This document shows positions 48,448-57,511 of a stretch of DNA of 64,000 nucleotides, in pieces. The translations under genes and the position numbers were made by a program. The notes below the pieces were generated by a model. It saw only the letters and a list, made by a program, of their open reading frames with translations, ran no database searches and was not told where the DNA came from. Origin of the DNA: an uncultured Nitrospiraceae bacterium (GTDB lineage: Bacteria > Nitrospirota > Nitrospiria > Nitrospirales > Nitrospiraceae); contig CAVSTP010000001.1 of the NCBI GenBank assembly GCA_963730935.1, forward strand, positions 96,001-160,000. Reading direction: 5' to 3'. Position 1 is the first letter of the stretch. Each line of letters starts with the position of its first letter.

Positions 48448-49461
48448 CTAGGAACCTACAAGGGGCGCGACGGCGGACGGAGAGGGGTTTGCTGGTAAGG
48501 CCATGCGTACGCAATTCTTGCCAGCAGTCTTCGCCGTATACAGGGCGGTGTCTGCGGCAACGATGAGATCGGAGGGAATGGACGCGTGGATGGGATAGGT
48601 GGCGACACCGATGCTGCAGGTGAGGGCGAAGGGATGCGTGTTGAGCACCGTCAACTCGGGAAGCATGGTCAACGTCATCACACGGTGGCGGAGCCGTTCG
48701 GCGGCGCTGAGAGCGCCGTCCATGGAGGTATCTGGCAGAATCAGTGCGAACTCTTCCCCGCCATAGCGCGCGGAAAAATCGCTGGCTCGTGCCATACCTC
48801 GTCCGGGTGCCTGCTGGCTATCCAGGAGCCAGCCCAATTCGCGGAGGACCTGGTCTCCCATCGTGTGCCCGTACACGTCGTTGATCTGCTTGAAATTGTC
48901 GAGGTCGATGAACAAGAGCGACAGCGGACGCATTGAACGGAGCGCCAACGCGCAGAGTTGGACCAGGGTTTCTTGGAAATGTGAGTGATTGTAGAGACCG
49001 GTCAAGCTGTCGCGGATGGACTGGTCGCGCAACAGCTGGTTGGCCTGCATGAGATCCCGGTTGGTGTTGGACAGCTTCTTGACCAGTCCTTCGGCTTCCG
49101 ACTGCTGGCGTTTAATCGCGGTAATGTCCGTAATCGTTTCCACGACATGCGTCTGGCCGTTCGACGTTTGGACCTGCGCCCATTGAACCAGGAGGTGCTC
49201 GTCGTTGGGCAGGGGAACTTCGCTGGCCGTGGGTTTGCCGCTCTCGACGGCTTCCGGCATTTTGCAGAAGGCGCAGGGCGTCGCACACCCTGCAATTTTC
49301 TCATGACAGGTAAGGTTGGAAATGTCGCCGAATTTGTTTTGAGACGTCTGGTTCTGGAAGACGACCTTGTGCGTGGCGGGATCGATGACTGTGATGATCA
49401 CCGGTTGCGAGTTCAGCAACAGTTGTGGGTCGTATTGTGGTCCTCTCGGGGGGAGTGCCAT
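48448..49461 (-). CDS. PAS-GGDEF diguanylate cyclase
   Basis: DSLTGLYN, DLDNFKQIND.YGH..GD, RASD I-site, GGEEF, ADTALY.AK..GKN. Confidence 0.92.
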   Translation of the reverse strand: MALPPRGPQYDPQLLLNSQPVIITVIDPATHKVVFQNQTSQNKFGDISNLTCHEKIAGCATPCAFCKMPEAVESGKPTASEVPLPNDEHLLVQWAQVQTSNGQTHVVETITDITAIKRQQSEAEGLVKKLSNTNRDLMQANQLLRDQSIRDSLTGLYNHSHFQETLVQLCALALRSMRPLSLLFIDLDNFKQINDVYGHTMGDQVLRELGWLLDSQQAPGRGMARASDFSARYGGEEFALILPDTSMDGALSAAERLRHRVMTLTMLPELTVLNTHPFALTCSIGVATYPIHASIPSDLIVAADTALYTAKTAGKNCVRMALPANPSPSAVAPLVGS

Positions 49462-49581
49462 CGTTGTCGTATACGAATGAGCAGCGAGACTGCGACCAGT
49501 ATTCCAGTGAGGGCACTTTGGGTCAAGGATTTGAGTGTTTTGGGAATGGTGCTAGAATGTGGCATCCCTGCGGAATTCCTC

Positions 49582-51072
49582 ATGACTGCGCTGATCGCGA
49601 AGAAGGTCTCGCTTGTGACCTCCGCACCCAAAATCCTCCCCCAGCTCGTCCCAAGCAGCGCATGCTTCAGCTGTGAGATTTGCTGCCGGTTTCCGGAGCC
49701 CGACAGCGTACTGCGGCCATATTTCACCGGTGAGGAGATCGCTCGGGCGGTCGAGCACGGCCTCCCGCCCACCGCGTTCCCGGACATGCAAGGCAGTCAG
49801 GTGGCCCTGCTGCCGGATGCAAAGGGAGAAGGGTTTCACTGCCCCGCGTTTGAGAGCGAGAGCGGTACCTGCCGCCTCTACGACCATCGACCGCTCGATT
49901 GCCAGCTCTATCCTCTGGCTCTTATGTGGAACACCGCTCATAATGAGGTAGTGCTCGGATGGGACAGGAAATGTCCGTTCATGGAAGTGCAAGTGCCGGA
50001 ATCCATCCGCCGCCACGCCGATCACGTGATGACCATGCTGGAGCAGCCCGCCATCGTGGAACAGATCACCCAACATCCGAGACTGGTTGGTCGCTTTCAA
50101 GAAGATGTGGTGCAGTTATCTTCACTCCCGGCGCTGACCTGGGCGATCATCGCCCGTTGGGGACAACCGCTTCGCCGGCTCCTCTGGGAGGATCTGTCAC
50201 GCCTGACAGAGGCCATGGAGCAACCCGGTTTCCAAGGCACTCTCGCCGCGTACTCGGCTCCGTATCACTATCTGTGGAACGCGTTGCTGCCGTACTGGTG
50301 GATCGATCTCCACGGCGCTCTCTGTCTGCTCGTTCAATCGCCGAGCGGGTGGTTCATGCCGTTGCCGCCGCTGGCCAAGGGGTCCCTCGAGCGGCCGTTT
50401 CGCGAGGCATTCTCCCTCATGCACCGCTGGAACGGGTCCAGCGCAGTCAGCCGCGTGGAAAACGTGCCGGCTGAACTGTCCCCAATGCTGGAAGCGATGG
50501 GTTTTCGGCTGGTTCCAAAGGATCCAGATTATCTCTATCGAGCTGATGCATTAGCCCGGTTGGCCGGTGACCGGTACAAGTCTCAGCGGGCGCTCTGCAA
50601 CCGAGTCGAGCGTGAAGGAGGGGTGCTCATTGAGCCCTACCATCCGCGCGACCGCGCGGCCTGCCGACATTTATTGGAGGAGTGGAAACGGCAGAAACGC
50701 GCCCAAGGCTCCACTCCCTATGCGGAGTTCCTGCTCGAGGATGCAGGCTCCGCCCATGAAGTCGCCTGGTCTCATGCGGCTGATCTCAACCTCGTCGGCT
50801 CAGTCGTTCGCAAACACGATCGGCTCTGCGGCTACACGTTCGGATACTGGTTGGACACCACAACGTGGTGCGTGCTGTTGGAAGTCGCCGACCGCACCAT
50901 CCCGGGAATAGCCCAATATCTCTTCCGTGCCACCTGCCGCAAAGCGCTGTCGGACGGTGCCGAATACATCAATACCCTCGATGATTCTGGGCTCGCCGGG
51001 CTGCGCGAATCGAAAGACGCCTATCATCCTATCGCGCGCAGGCAGAGCTTTATTTGCTCCGAGACCCCATGA
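49582..51072 (+). CDS. YkgJ (CxxCxxCC) cysteine-cluster domain fused to a DUF2156 (MprF/Fem-like) domain
   Basis: CFSCEICCRF..CPAF..C.LY..RP..C.LYP; DYLY....LA.L.G.RY...R...NR; EVA....GIAQYL; IN..DDSG..GLR.SK..YHP. Confidence 0.82.
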   Translation: MTALIAKKVSLVTSAPKILPQLVPSSACFSCEICCRFPEPDSVLRPYFTGEEIARAVEHGLPPTAFPDMQGSQVALLPDAKGEGFHCPAFESESGTCRLYDHRPLDCQLYPLALMWNTAHNEVVLGWDRKCPFMEVQVPESIRRHADHVMTMLEQPAIVEQITQHPRLVGRFQEDVVQLSSLPALTWAIIARWGQPLRRLLWEDLSRLTEAMEQPGFQGTLAAYSAPYHYLWNALLPYWWIDLHGALCLLVQSPSGWFMPLPPLAKGSLERPFREAFSLMHRWNGSSAVSRVENVPAELSPMLEAMGFRLVPKDPDYLYRADALARLAGDRYKSQRALCNRVEREGGVLIEPYHPRDRAACRHLLEEWKRQKRAQGSTPYAEFLLEDAGSAHEVAWSHAADLNLVGSVVRKHDRLCGYTFGYWLDTTTWCVLLEVADRTIPGIAQYLFRATCRKALSDGAEYINTLDDSGLAGLRESKDAYHPIARRQSFICSETP

Positions 51073-54000
51073 GCAAGCAGGATTTCCAACAGCCGCTCGA
51101 CTCCTCACGCTACCGTTGGCTGCCCCAACTCATCATCTTGATGAACCTCGTCGCCGTGGCGGCAGCCGTGTTTCTCCTCCGCAGCGTAGAGCACCGGCTG
51201 GTCCATTCCACGGGCGAAGAGTTGAGGATCGCCGCTGCGGAGGTGTCGGACAAGCTCGACCGTCTGCTGTTCGAACGGTACGGCGACGCCCAGATGATGG
51301 CGCATGCATTCGCTCTGCAGTCGTCCGACCCGACATATCTCTCCAGCTACCTTGGCTGGATGCGGACGAACCACGGGCCGGTCTATCTGTGGTTGGGGGT
51401 GACGAATCGCGATGGCACCATGGTGGCGGCCACGGACGCTTCATTTCGCGGTCGGGACTTCAGCAGGACCGGGTGGTTTGAGCGTGCGCGTGCAACGAAG
51501 ACCATCCAGGTTGATGACGTCGCGGTACACGATCCGGACAATGGGACCGAGGCCATCGCGTTTACGGCGCCAATTTTGGACCCGGCCGGAACATTTCATG
51601 GCGTTGTCACCAGCCGAGTGGCGATCTCGACGCTTGAAGAGGTCACCACCAGAACGGTGCGCTCGCTTGAAGCCCGGCAGGAGTTCGCCGGAGCCGTCGC
51701 GTTCGAAATGGTGACGTCCGAGGGAATGGTCTTCGTGGATTCGGATCTCCTGCACAAGGCACCGCTTGATCGTCCGCAATCAGATCTGCTCGCGTCGAAA
51801 GCTCCTCCGTTCGGCGATGCAGGATTCGTCGAGGAGGAGTATCGCGGGCGTCCGGTCGTGACGGGTTTCGCACGCACGAAAGGTTTTGGCGACTTTCCAG
51901 GACTCGGCTGGCATGTGCTGGTCCGTATGGATCGCGACCGCATTCTCGAGCCGATTACCTCGATTTTGTGGAAGGTGGGAATCACGGGAGCGGTTGTCTG
52001 GATTCCCATGGTGTTTCTGCTGTTCTGGTCCACCTCTCACCTGCGCGCTGAATATCAACAGGTCCAGCAGGAAAGCTCGTGGGCGCGCGCGGCCGAGGCG
52101 GCGCTGCTTCAGAGCCAGGAGCGCAACCGGGCGATCGTGGAAACCGCTCTGGATGCGCTGGTCACCGTCGACGCCGCGGGCATCGTTACTGATTGGAACG
52201 GACAAGCATCCACCATTTTCGGATGGTCGCGCGAGGAGGCGCTGGGCCAGCGTCTGTCGGAATTGATCATTCCTCCAAAAGATCGGGACAGCCATGAAGG
52301 AGGATTGCGCCAGTACCTGGCCACCGGGGAAGCGCATTTTTTGAATCGACGGGTGGAAGTGCAGGCTCTCCGCCGTTCGGGCGCGGAATTTCCCGTCGAA
52401 TTGGCCATTTCTCCGGTGCGCGTCGGGGGCACCATCTTTTTCAGCGCCTTTATCCGCGACATTACTGAGCGGCGTGAAGCAGAGACGAAGCTCAAGGAGA
52501 GCGAAATCCGCTACCGCTCTGTCGTGAACGCCCTCGATGAAGGCGTCGTCGTCATCGATGCGGGGGGCGTTGTGCGCACAGGCAATGCGAGCGCCGAGCG
52601 CATCCTTGGGTTACCGGCCGATGAGTTGACCGGGCGGTCGTTACACGATGGGCGTTGGCGGACAATTCATGAAGACGGCTCTCCCTTCCGTTCGGAAGAC
52701 TATCCTGCGGCCGTGACGTTGAGGACCGGCGAACCGCGCGTCAGCGTCGTGATGGGCGTATACAGGCCCGACGGGAGGCTGCGGTGGATTGACATGAATT
52801 CACGACCGTTGCCGGCCGAAGGGGGGAACGGACCGTCGGCCGTTGTCGTCTCGTTTTCCGACATTACCGAGCGCAAGCGTTCGGAAGAGCGGCTCACCGC
52901 CCAGTATGCGGTCACGCGCGTGCTGGCAGAATCCCGCAGTCTTGAAGAAGCGATGCCGAAGATCATGCAGGCCGTCGGGCAGAATCTGGAATGGGACTGT
53001 GGAATTTTCTGGCGCGTGGATCGCAACGCATCGCTGCTTCGTTGTCTGGACCAATGGCGGACCCCGGGCGTTGGGGTCGAAGCGTTTCTCGAACCCACCT
53101 GGGAGCGGACGTTCAAGCCGGAGGAAGGACTGCCGGGCCGTATTTGGGCGAGCGGGAAAGCCGCCTGGATTACGGACGTCGCACACGATGCGAATTTCCC
53201 CCGTCAGGGACTGGCCCATGAGGTGGGATTCCACGGCGCTTTCGGATTCCCGGTGCGCGTGGGCGGCGACATCGAGGGCATCATCGAACTCTACAGCCGG
53301 CAGGTTCGCGTCCCCGATGAAGAACTGCTGAAAATGATTGAGGACGTCGGTCTCAAGCTGGAACAATTCGGCGACCGCACGAGAGCCCAGGAAGCGCTGC
53401 AGCAGACGGAGGCGCAACTTCGACAATCACAGAAAATGGAGGCTGTCGGACGGCTGGCGGGCGGTGTCGCGCACGATTTCAACAATCTCCTGACGGTGAT
53501 CCGCGGCTACAGCGAGCTTCTGCTCGCGCGACTGGCACCGGACGATTCGATCCGCAAAGACCTGATCGAGATCAAAAAAGCGGCGGACCGGGCTTCGGGC
53601 TTGACCCGGCAGCTGCTGGCCTTCAGCCGGCGCCAGTTTATCGCGCCGAAAGTCATCGATCTCAACGCCCTCATCGCCAACATGGACGGCATGCTGCGCC
53701 GTCTGCTGGGAGAGGACATCGTCGAATTGTGCACGGAACTAAATCCGCACACAGGATCGATCAGAGCGGATGCCGGTCAGATCGAGCAGGTCATCATGAA
53801 TCTGGCCGTCAATGCGCGGGACGCGATGCCGAAGGGCGGGCGTCTGACGATGGAAACGCGCAACGTGACGATCGGAAAGCCGACGCATCAGACGCCAGCC
53901 GGCGTGAAGCCCGGCTCGTATGTGTTGCTCGCCGTCCGGGATACCGGCCACGGGATGGACGAAGAGACCCAGTCGCATCTCTTTGAGCCCTTCTTCACCA

Positions 54001-54566
54001 CCAAGGAAAAAGGCAAAGGCACCGGGTTGGGTCTGTCGACGGTCTACGGGATCGTCAAGCAAACCGGCGGCAGCATCGTGGTCGAAAGCCGGAAGGACCA
54101 GGGCGCCACATTCAAGATCTATTTTCCGCTGGTCGATCAAGGCGCGACGGGGACAGCCGGAACTCCCGACGCTGAACCGCTGCATGGACGGGAGACGATC
54201 CTGCTTGTGGAAGACGAGCCGGCCGTTCGAGGCTTGGTGCATGAAACGCTGCGCCTGCACGGGTATACCGTCCTCGAGGCACGCCATGGCATTGAAGCGC
54301 TCATGACCGGCGCGAAACATCAGGGGCCGATTCATCTGTTGCTGACCGATGTCGTGATGCCGCAGATGAGCGGGCCGGAGGTCGCGGAAAAGATCCAGAT
54401 CGTCCGGCCAGGGATCAAGGTGCTCTACATGTCCGGCTATCCGGACCATCCGGTGTTCGAGCAGGGCGGCATTTCTCGTGACGCGTCGTTTCTCCCCAAG
54501 CCGTTCACCCCCAATGTGTTGGCCAAAAAGGTGCGGGACGTGTTGGACGGCGCGAAGGTAGGGTGA
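51069..54566 (+). CDS. Hybrid sensor kinase (Cache-PAS-PAS-GAF-HisKA-HATPase-REC, CckA-like)
   Basis: QKMEAVGRLAGGVAHDFNNLLT, NLAVNARDAMP, FEPFFTTK, ILLVEDE, DVVMPQMSG. Confidence 0.94.
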   Translation: MSKQDFQQPLDSSRYRWLPQLIILMNLVAVAAAVFLLRSVEHRLVHSTGEELRIAAAEVSDKLDRLLFERYGDAQMMAHAFALQSSDPTYLSSYLGWMRTNHGPVYLWLGVTNRDGTMVAATDASFRGRDFSRTGWFERARATKTIQVDDVAVHDPDNGTEAIAFTAPILDPAGTFHGVVTSRVAISTLEEVTTRTVRSLEARQEFAGAVAFEMVTSEGMVFVDSDLLHKAPLDRPQSDLLASKAPPFGDAGFVEEEYRGRPVVTGFARTKGFGDFPGLGWHVLVRMDRDRILEPITSILWKVGITGAVVWIPMVFLLFWSTSHLRAEYQQVQQESSWARAAEAALLQSQERNRAIVETALDALVTVDAAGIVTDWNGQASTIFGWSREEALGQRLSELIIPPKDRDSHEGGLRQYLATGEAHFLNRRVEVQALRRSGAEFPVELAISPVRVGGTIFFSAFIRDITERREAETKLKESEIRYRSVVNALDEGVVVIDAGGVVRTGNASAERILGLPADELTGRSLHDGRWRTIHEDGSPFRSEDYPAAVTLRTGEPRVSVVMGVYRPDGRLRWIDMNSRPLPAEGGNGPSAVVVSFSDITERKRSEERLTAQYAVTRVLAESRSLEEAMPKIMQAVGQNLEWDCGIFWRVDRNASLLRCLDQWRTPGVGVEAFLEPTWERTFKPEEGLPGRIWASGKAAWITDVAHDANFPRQGLAHEVGFHGAFGFPVRVGGDIEGIIELYSRQVRVPDEELLKMIEDVGLKLEQFGDRTRAQEALQQTEAQLRQSQKMEAVGRLAGGVAHDFNNLLTVIRGYSELLLARLAPDDSIRKDLIEIKKAADRASGLTRQLLAFSRRQFIAPKVIDLNALIANMDGMLRRLLGEDIVELCTELNPHTGSIRADAGQIEQVIMNLAVNARDAMPKGGRLTMETRNVTIGKPTHQTPAGVKPGSYVLLAVRDTGHGMDEETQSHLFEPFFTTKEKGKGTGLGLSTVYGIVKQTGGSIVVESRKDQGATFKIYFPLVDQGATGTAGTPDAEPLHGRETILLVEDEPAVRGLVHETLRLHGYTVLEARHGIEALMTGAKHQGPIHLLLTDVVMPQMSGPEVAEKIQIVRPGIKVLYMSGYPDHPVFEQGGISRDASFLPKPFTPNVLAKKVRDVLDGAKVG

Positions 54567-54644
54567 GGTGCGTCTCTTGATCTTAAACCTCCGTTCCGTT
54601 TATCGTGCCGGTGAATTTTACGGAGCTGCCGAAAGCCAAAGCGC

Positions 54645-55463
54645 ATGACTCAACATGGGCGCGAATTCGACATCGGGCAGTACCGCATTCAGCAGGAACC
54701 CTATTACGCGGACGTTCGCGGCGAAGTCGGGCTGTTCACGACGGCCGCGAAGAGCCGTCTGCCGGTCATGCTCAAGGGACCGACTGGTTGCGGCAAAACG
54801 CGGTTCATCCAGCATATGGCGTTCCGGCTCGGTCGGCCGTTGATCACGGTGGCATGCCACGAAGATCTTACGGCGGCGGATCTGGTCGGCCGGTATCTCC
54901 TCAAGGGACAGGACACGGTGTGGGTCGACGGCCCGCTCACGTTGGGGGTCAAGCACGGCGCCATCGTCTATCTCGATGAGGTGGTCGAAGCGCGTAAAGA
55001 TACGACGGTCATCATTCATCCGCTCAGCGACGACCGCCGGCTGCTGCCGATTGAAAAGAAAGGGCAGGTCGTCGAGGCCGCCGACGATTTCCTTCTCGTC
55101 CTCTCGTACAATCCGGGCTATCAGAGCGTGCTCAAGGATTTGAAGCCGAGCACCAAGCAACGGTTCATGGCGATTGAGTTTGATTATCCTACCCCCGACA
55201 TTGAAACGGCGATCGTCCAGCGCGAAGCCGGCATTGCCCACGACGTCGCAGTGCGTCTGGTCAAATTGGGCGGCAAGGTGCGCAATCTCAAGAACCACGG
55301 GTTAGAGGAGGGCGTGAGCACCAGGCTCCTCATCTACGCCGGCACCTTGATGCGCGAAGGTGTGGCGACAGAGCGGGCCTGCGATGTGGCGATTGCCCGG
55401 CCGATTACCGACGATCCCGACATGCAGCGCAGCATCACGGAACTCGTGAAAGCCATTTTCTAG
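54645..55463 (+). CDS. CbbQ/NirQ/NorQ family AAA+ ATPase
   Basis: [59 protein letters not shown]. Confidence 0.95.
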   Translation: MTQHGREFDIGQYRIQQEPYYADVRGEVGLFTTAAKSRLPVMLKGPTGCGKTRFIQHMAFRLGRPLITVACHEDLTAADLVGRYLLKGQDTVWVDGPLTLGVKHGAIVYLDEVVEARKDTTVIIHPLSDDRRLLPIEKKGQVVEAADDFLLVLSYNPGYQSVLKDLKPSTKQRFMAIEFDYPTPDIETAIVQREAGIAHDVAVRLVKLGGKVRNLKNHGLEEGVSTRLLIYAGTLMREGVATERACDVAIARPITDDPDMQRSITELVKAIF

Positions 55464-55468
55464 CAGAC

Positions 55469-55553
55469 AGGATGCTGAAACATCCCGCCAGCATTATTCT
55501 CACATCGTTCCAAGGCTCAACAGACAATGGAGAGTATGCTTTTTGAGCATCCT
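55469..55553. repeat. MITE/REP-like element with terminal inverted repeats (short copy)
   Basis: AGGATGCTGAAA ... TTTGAGCATCCT; similar to the copy at 57286. Confidence 0.7.
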
Positions 55554-55596
55554 CTTAGCTCAGCATCAGTTCCATCCACTCCTATCGTTGCAGCCT

Positions 55597-55908
55597 ATGC
55601 CTCCTCTGATTGTCCGTGACGGCAAGGATGGGGTCGTGCTCACCGTCCATGTTCAGCCGAAGGCAGCTCGTACGGCCTGCGTCGGGATCCATGGAGAGGC
55701 GCTCAAGATTCGAATCGCGGCGGCGCCGGTCGGAGGAGCCGCAAACCGGGAGTTGATCCGTTTTCTCGCAGATGAACTGTCGCTGCCGACCGCAGCCGTG
55801 CATATCGAGTCCGGCGAGGGCAGCCGACACAAACGGGTGCGGCTGGAGGGAACAACTGCGGTCCACATCATGAGACGTCTCATGTCAGAAGGAGGCATGA
55901 ACACGTGA
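55597..55908 (+). CDS. DUF167 (YggU/UPF0235) protein
   Basis: LTVHVQPKA, LKIRI.A.PV.GAANRELI.FLA, G..SRHK. Confidence 0.88.
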   Translation: MPPLIVRDGKDGVVLTVHVQPKAARTACVGIHGEALKIRIAAAPVGGAANRELIRFLADELSLPTAAVHIESGEGSRHKRVRLEGTTAVHIMRRLMSEGGMNT

Positions 55909-56330
55909 GAACGCCCGTGGCCTGGGCCTTCTGCGCGGCCCTAATGCTCAGTGCCTGTTCAGGTCCTCGTCCCGTGCTGTACGAGAACCCCCATCTGAAA
56001 TCCGTCGGGAAAGAAGTGGCAGACCAGGATATTGAAGCCTGCAAGGAGGCGGCGGAATCGGCCGGTGCCAAAGAGGGCAGCGGCAAGGCCGGAAGTGTGG
56101 CGAAGAATACCGCAGTCGGCGCAGGCGTCGGTGCGGCAAGCGGTGCGGTAGGAGGCGCAATCTCCGGCTCGCCAGGTCTCGGTTCAGCGATCGGCGCAGC
56201 CAGCGGAGCCGTGTGGGGATTGCTCATGGGTTTGTTCAATGCCGGTTCGTCCCAGCCGAGCCAGGCCTACACCAATTATGTGGATCGGTGCTTACAAGAG
56301 AAAGGTTATGAGGTGACCGGTTGGCAATAG
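55905..56330 (+). CDS. Glycine-zipper lipoprotein, copy 1
   Basis: Lipobox LSAC, PVLY.N, DI..C, GxxxG zipper, VDRCL.EKGYEV.GW. Confidence 0.85.
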   Translation: MRTPVAWAFCAALMLSACSGPRPVLYENPHLKSVGKEVADQDIEACKEAAESAGAKEGSGKAGSVAKNTAVGAGVGAASGAVGGAISGSPGLGSAIGAASGAVWGLLMGLFNAGSSQPSQAYTNYVDRCLQEKGYEVTGWQ

Positions 56331-56767
56331 GATCGTGGGTCAATCGGACAAGAGTCCTCATCGTAGGCCTGGTCTTTTTAATGGCGGCCTGCTCGAGTCC
56401 GCAGCCAATACTGCGCTCGAATGCGAAAGTGTTGTTGCAGGGACGCGAGGCCTCGAAGCTGGATGTCGATGTGTGCCAGCAAAAGGCGGAAGCCGCCGGT
56501 TTACAGCCTGGAACTGGCAGTCGTAGCGGCAATATGGCCGCGGGAGCCGCGCTCGGAGTTGTCGCCGGCGCCGCGGTGGGTGCGTCCAGCGGGTTGATCG
56601 GAGGTCCAACCGGTGTAGCGATCGGCGCTGCAGCCGGCGGAGGATTGGGCCTGATCATCGGTCTCGTCGGAGGGGCCTATAAACCCCTTGAGCCCGATCC
56701 GCCTTACGCCGATACGGTGGTGCGGTGTCTCATTGAAAAGGGGTATGACGTCACGGGATGGGAGTAA
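56321..56767 (+). CDS. Glycine-zipper lipoprotein, copy 2
   Basis: Lipobox MAAC, DVD.C, zipper, VVRCL.EKGYDV.GW. Confidence 0.82.
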   Translation: MAIGSWVNRTRVLIVGLVFLMAACSSPQPILRSNAKVLLQGREASKLDVDVCQQKAEAAGLQPGTGSRSGNMAAGAALGVVAGAAVGASSGLIGGPTGVAIGAAAGGGLGLIIGLVGGAYKPLEPDPPYADTVVRCLIEKGYDVTGWE

Positions 56768-56781
56768 CACGTCAGAGGCGA

Positions 56782-57195
56782 TCACTCTTCTGTTTGCGAT
56801 GGCGGTGACTCAGCCTTATGCCTCAATGCCCGTCCCTTCTCGGGCGTCGGATCGGTGATCACACCATAGCATTCTCGTCCTTCGTGCCCTTCCGGCAAGT
56901 ATTCCGTGATTGGCATTCCATCTTCCCGCACGAACAAGAGACAGTGGCAATATTTATAGATCTGCATCTCGTCGCATGCGCAGATCCATCGGCGCAGCTT
57001 GGCCTCGGCGACTTTGTCCTGGTAGAAATTGCAAGGACAGAGCGGCTTTCCCAGCTCGTCCACGTGCATGGCCAGGCCCTTGACCACGGCTTCGGTGACG
57101 GCGGGATTGGGATGCATCGTCGTGCCGCTCTTCTCGGCGAAGCCCCGCACATACTTCCACATCTTGTCCAGACTGGCTTGCTTCGGTTCGGTCAT
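56782..57195 (-). CDS. Ferredoxin-thioredoxin reductase catalytic subunit
   Basis: V..GLA.H...LG.PLCPC, CAC, CHCLLF. Confidence 0.9.
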   Translation of the reverse strand: MTEPKQASLDKMWKYVRGFAEKSGTTMHPNPAVTEAVVKGLAMHVDELGKPLCPCNFYQDKVAEAKLRRWICACDEMQIYKYCHCLLFVREDGMPITEYLPEGHEGRECYGVITDPTPEKGRALRHKAESPPSQTEE

Positions 57196-57285
57196 GTCGG
57201 TGATGGCCTCGTGAATGATGATTGACGGCTGTGAACGGCAGTTTACAAGCCCAAGGCCGTTCTTTACAATTCAACACTTCCTCGA

Positions 57286-57495
57286 AGGATTGCTGAAAAC
57301 GGGCTGCTAGCTTCGTTCTCACTTCGCTCAAGGTCTCGACGTGCGGCCCGGGAAAGAGCTGCTCTGGCAGCTCGAGGTGGGCGGTGAGCTTGGGTGAACG
57401 TCTGTTTCAACAGACGGGGGTGGGTGGCTGAAAACGGCTAAGCCTCCGACCTCTCGCTCGTTGCGGCCTTGCCATCAGCCGTTTTGAGCATCCTG
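57286..57495. repeat. MITE/REP-like element with terminal inverted repeats (long copy)
   Basis: AGGATTGCTGAAAA ... TTTTGAGCATCCT; shares internal motifs with 55469-55553 and 41072-41117. Confidence 0.7.
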
Positions 57496-57511
57496 TAAGA
57501 ATCCTAGAGCT

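Noticed and set aside
48985..49581. First 199 aa of the 695-aa ORF
   Set aside because: Mostly overlaps the GGDEF gene on the opposite strand; the recognisable domain starts after ATG 49582
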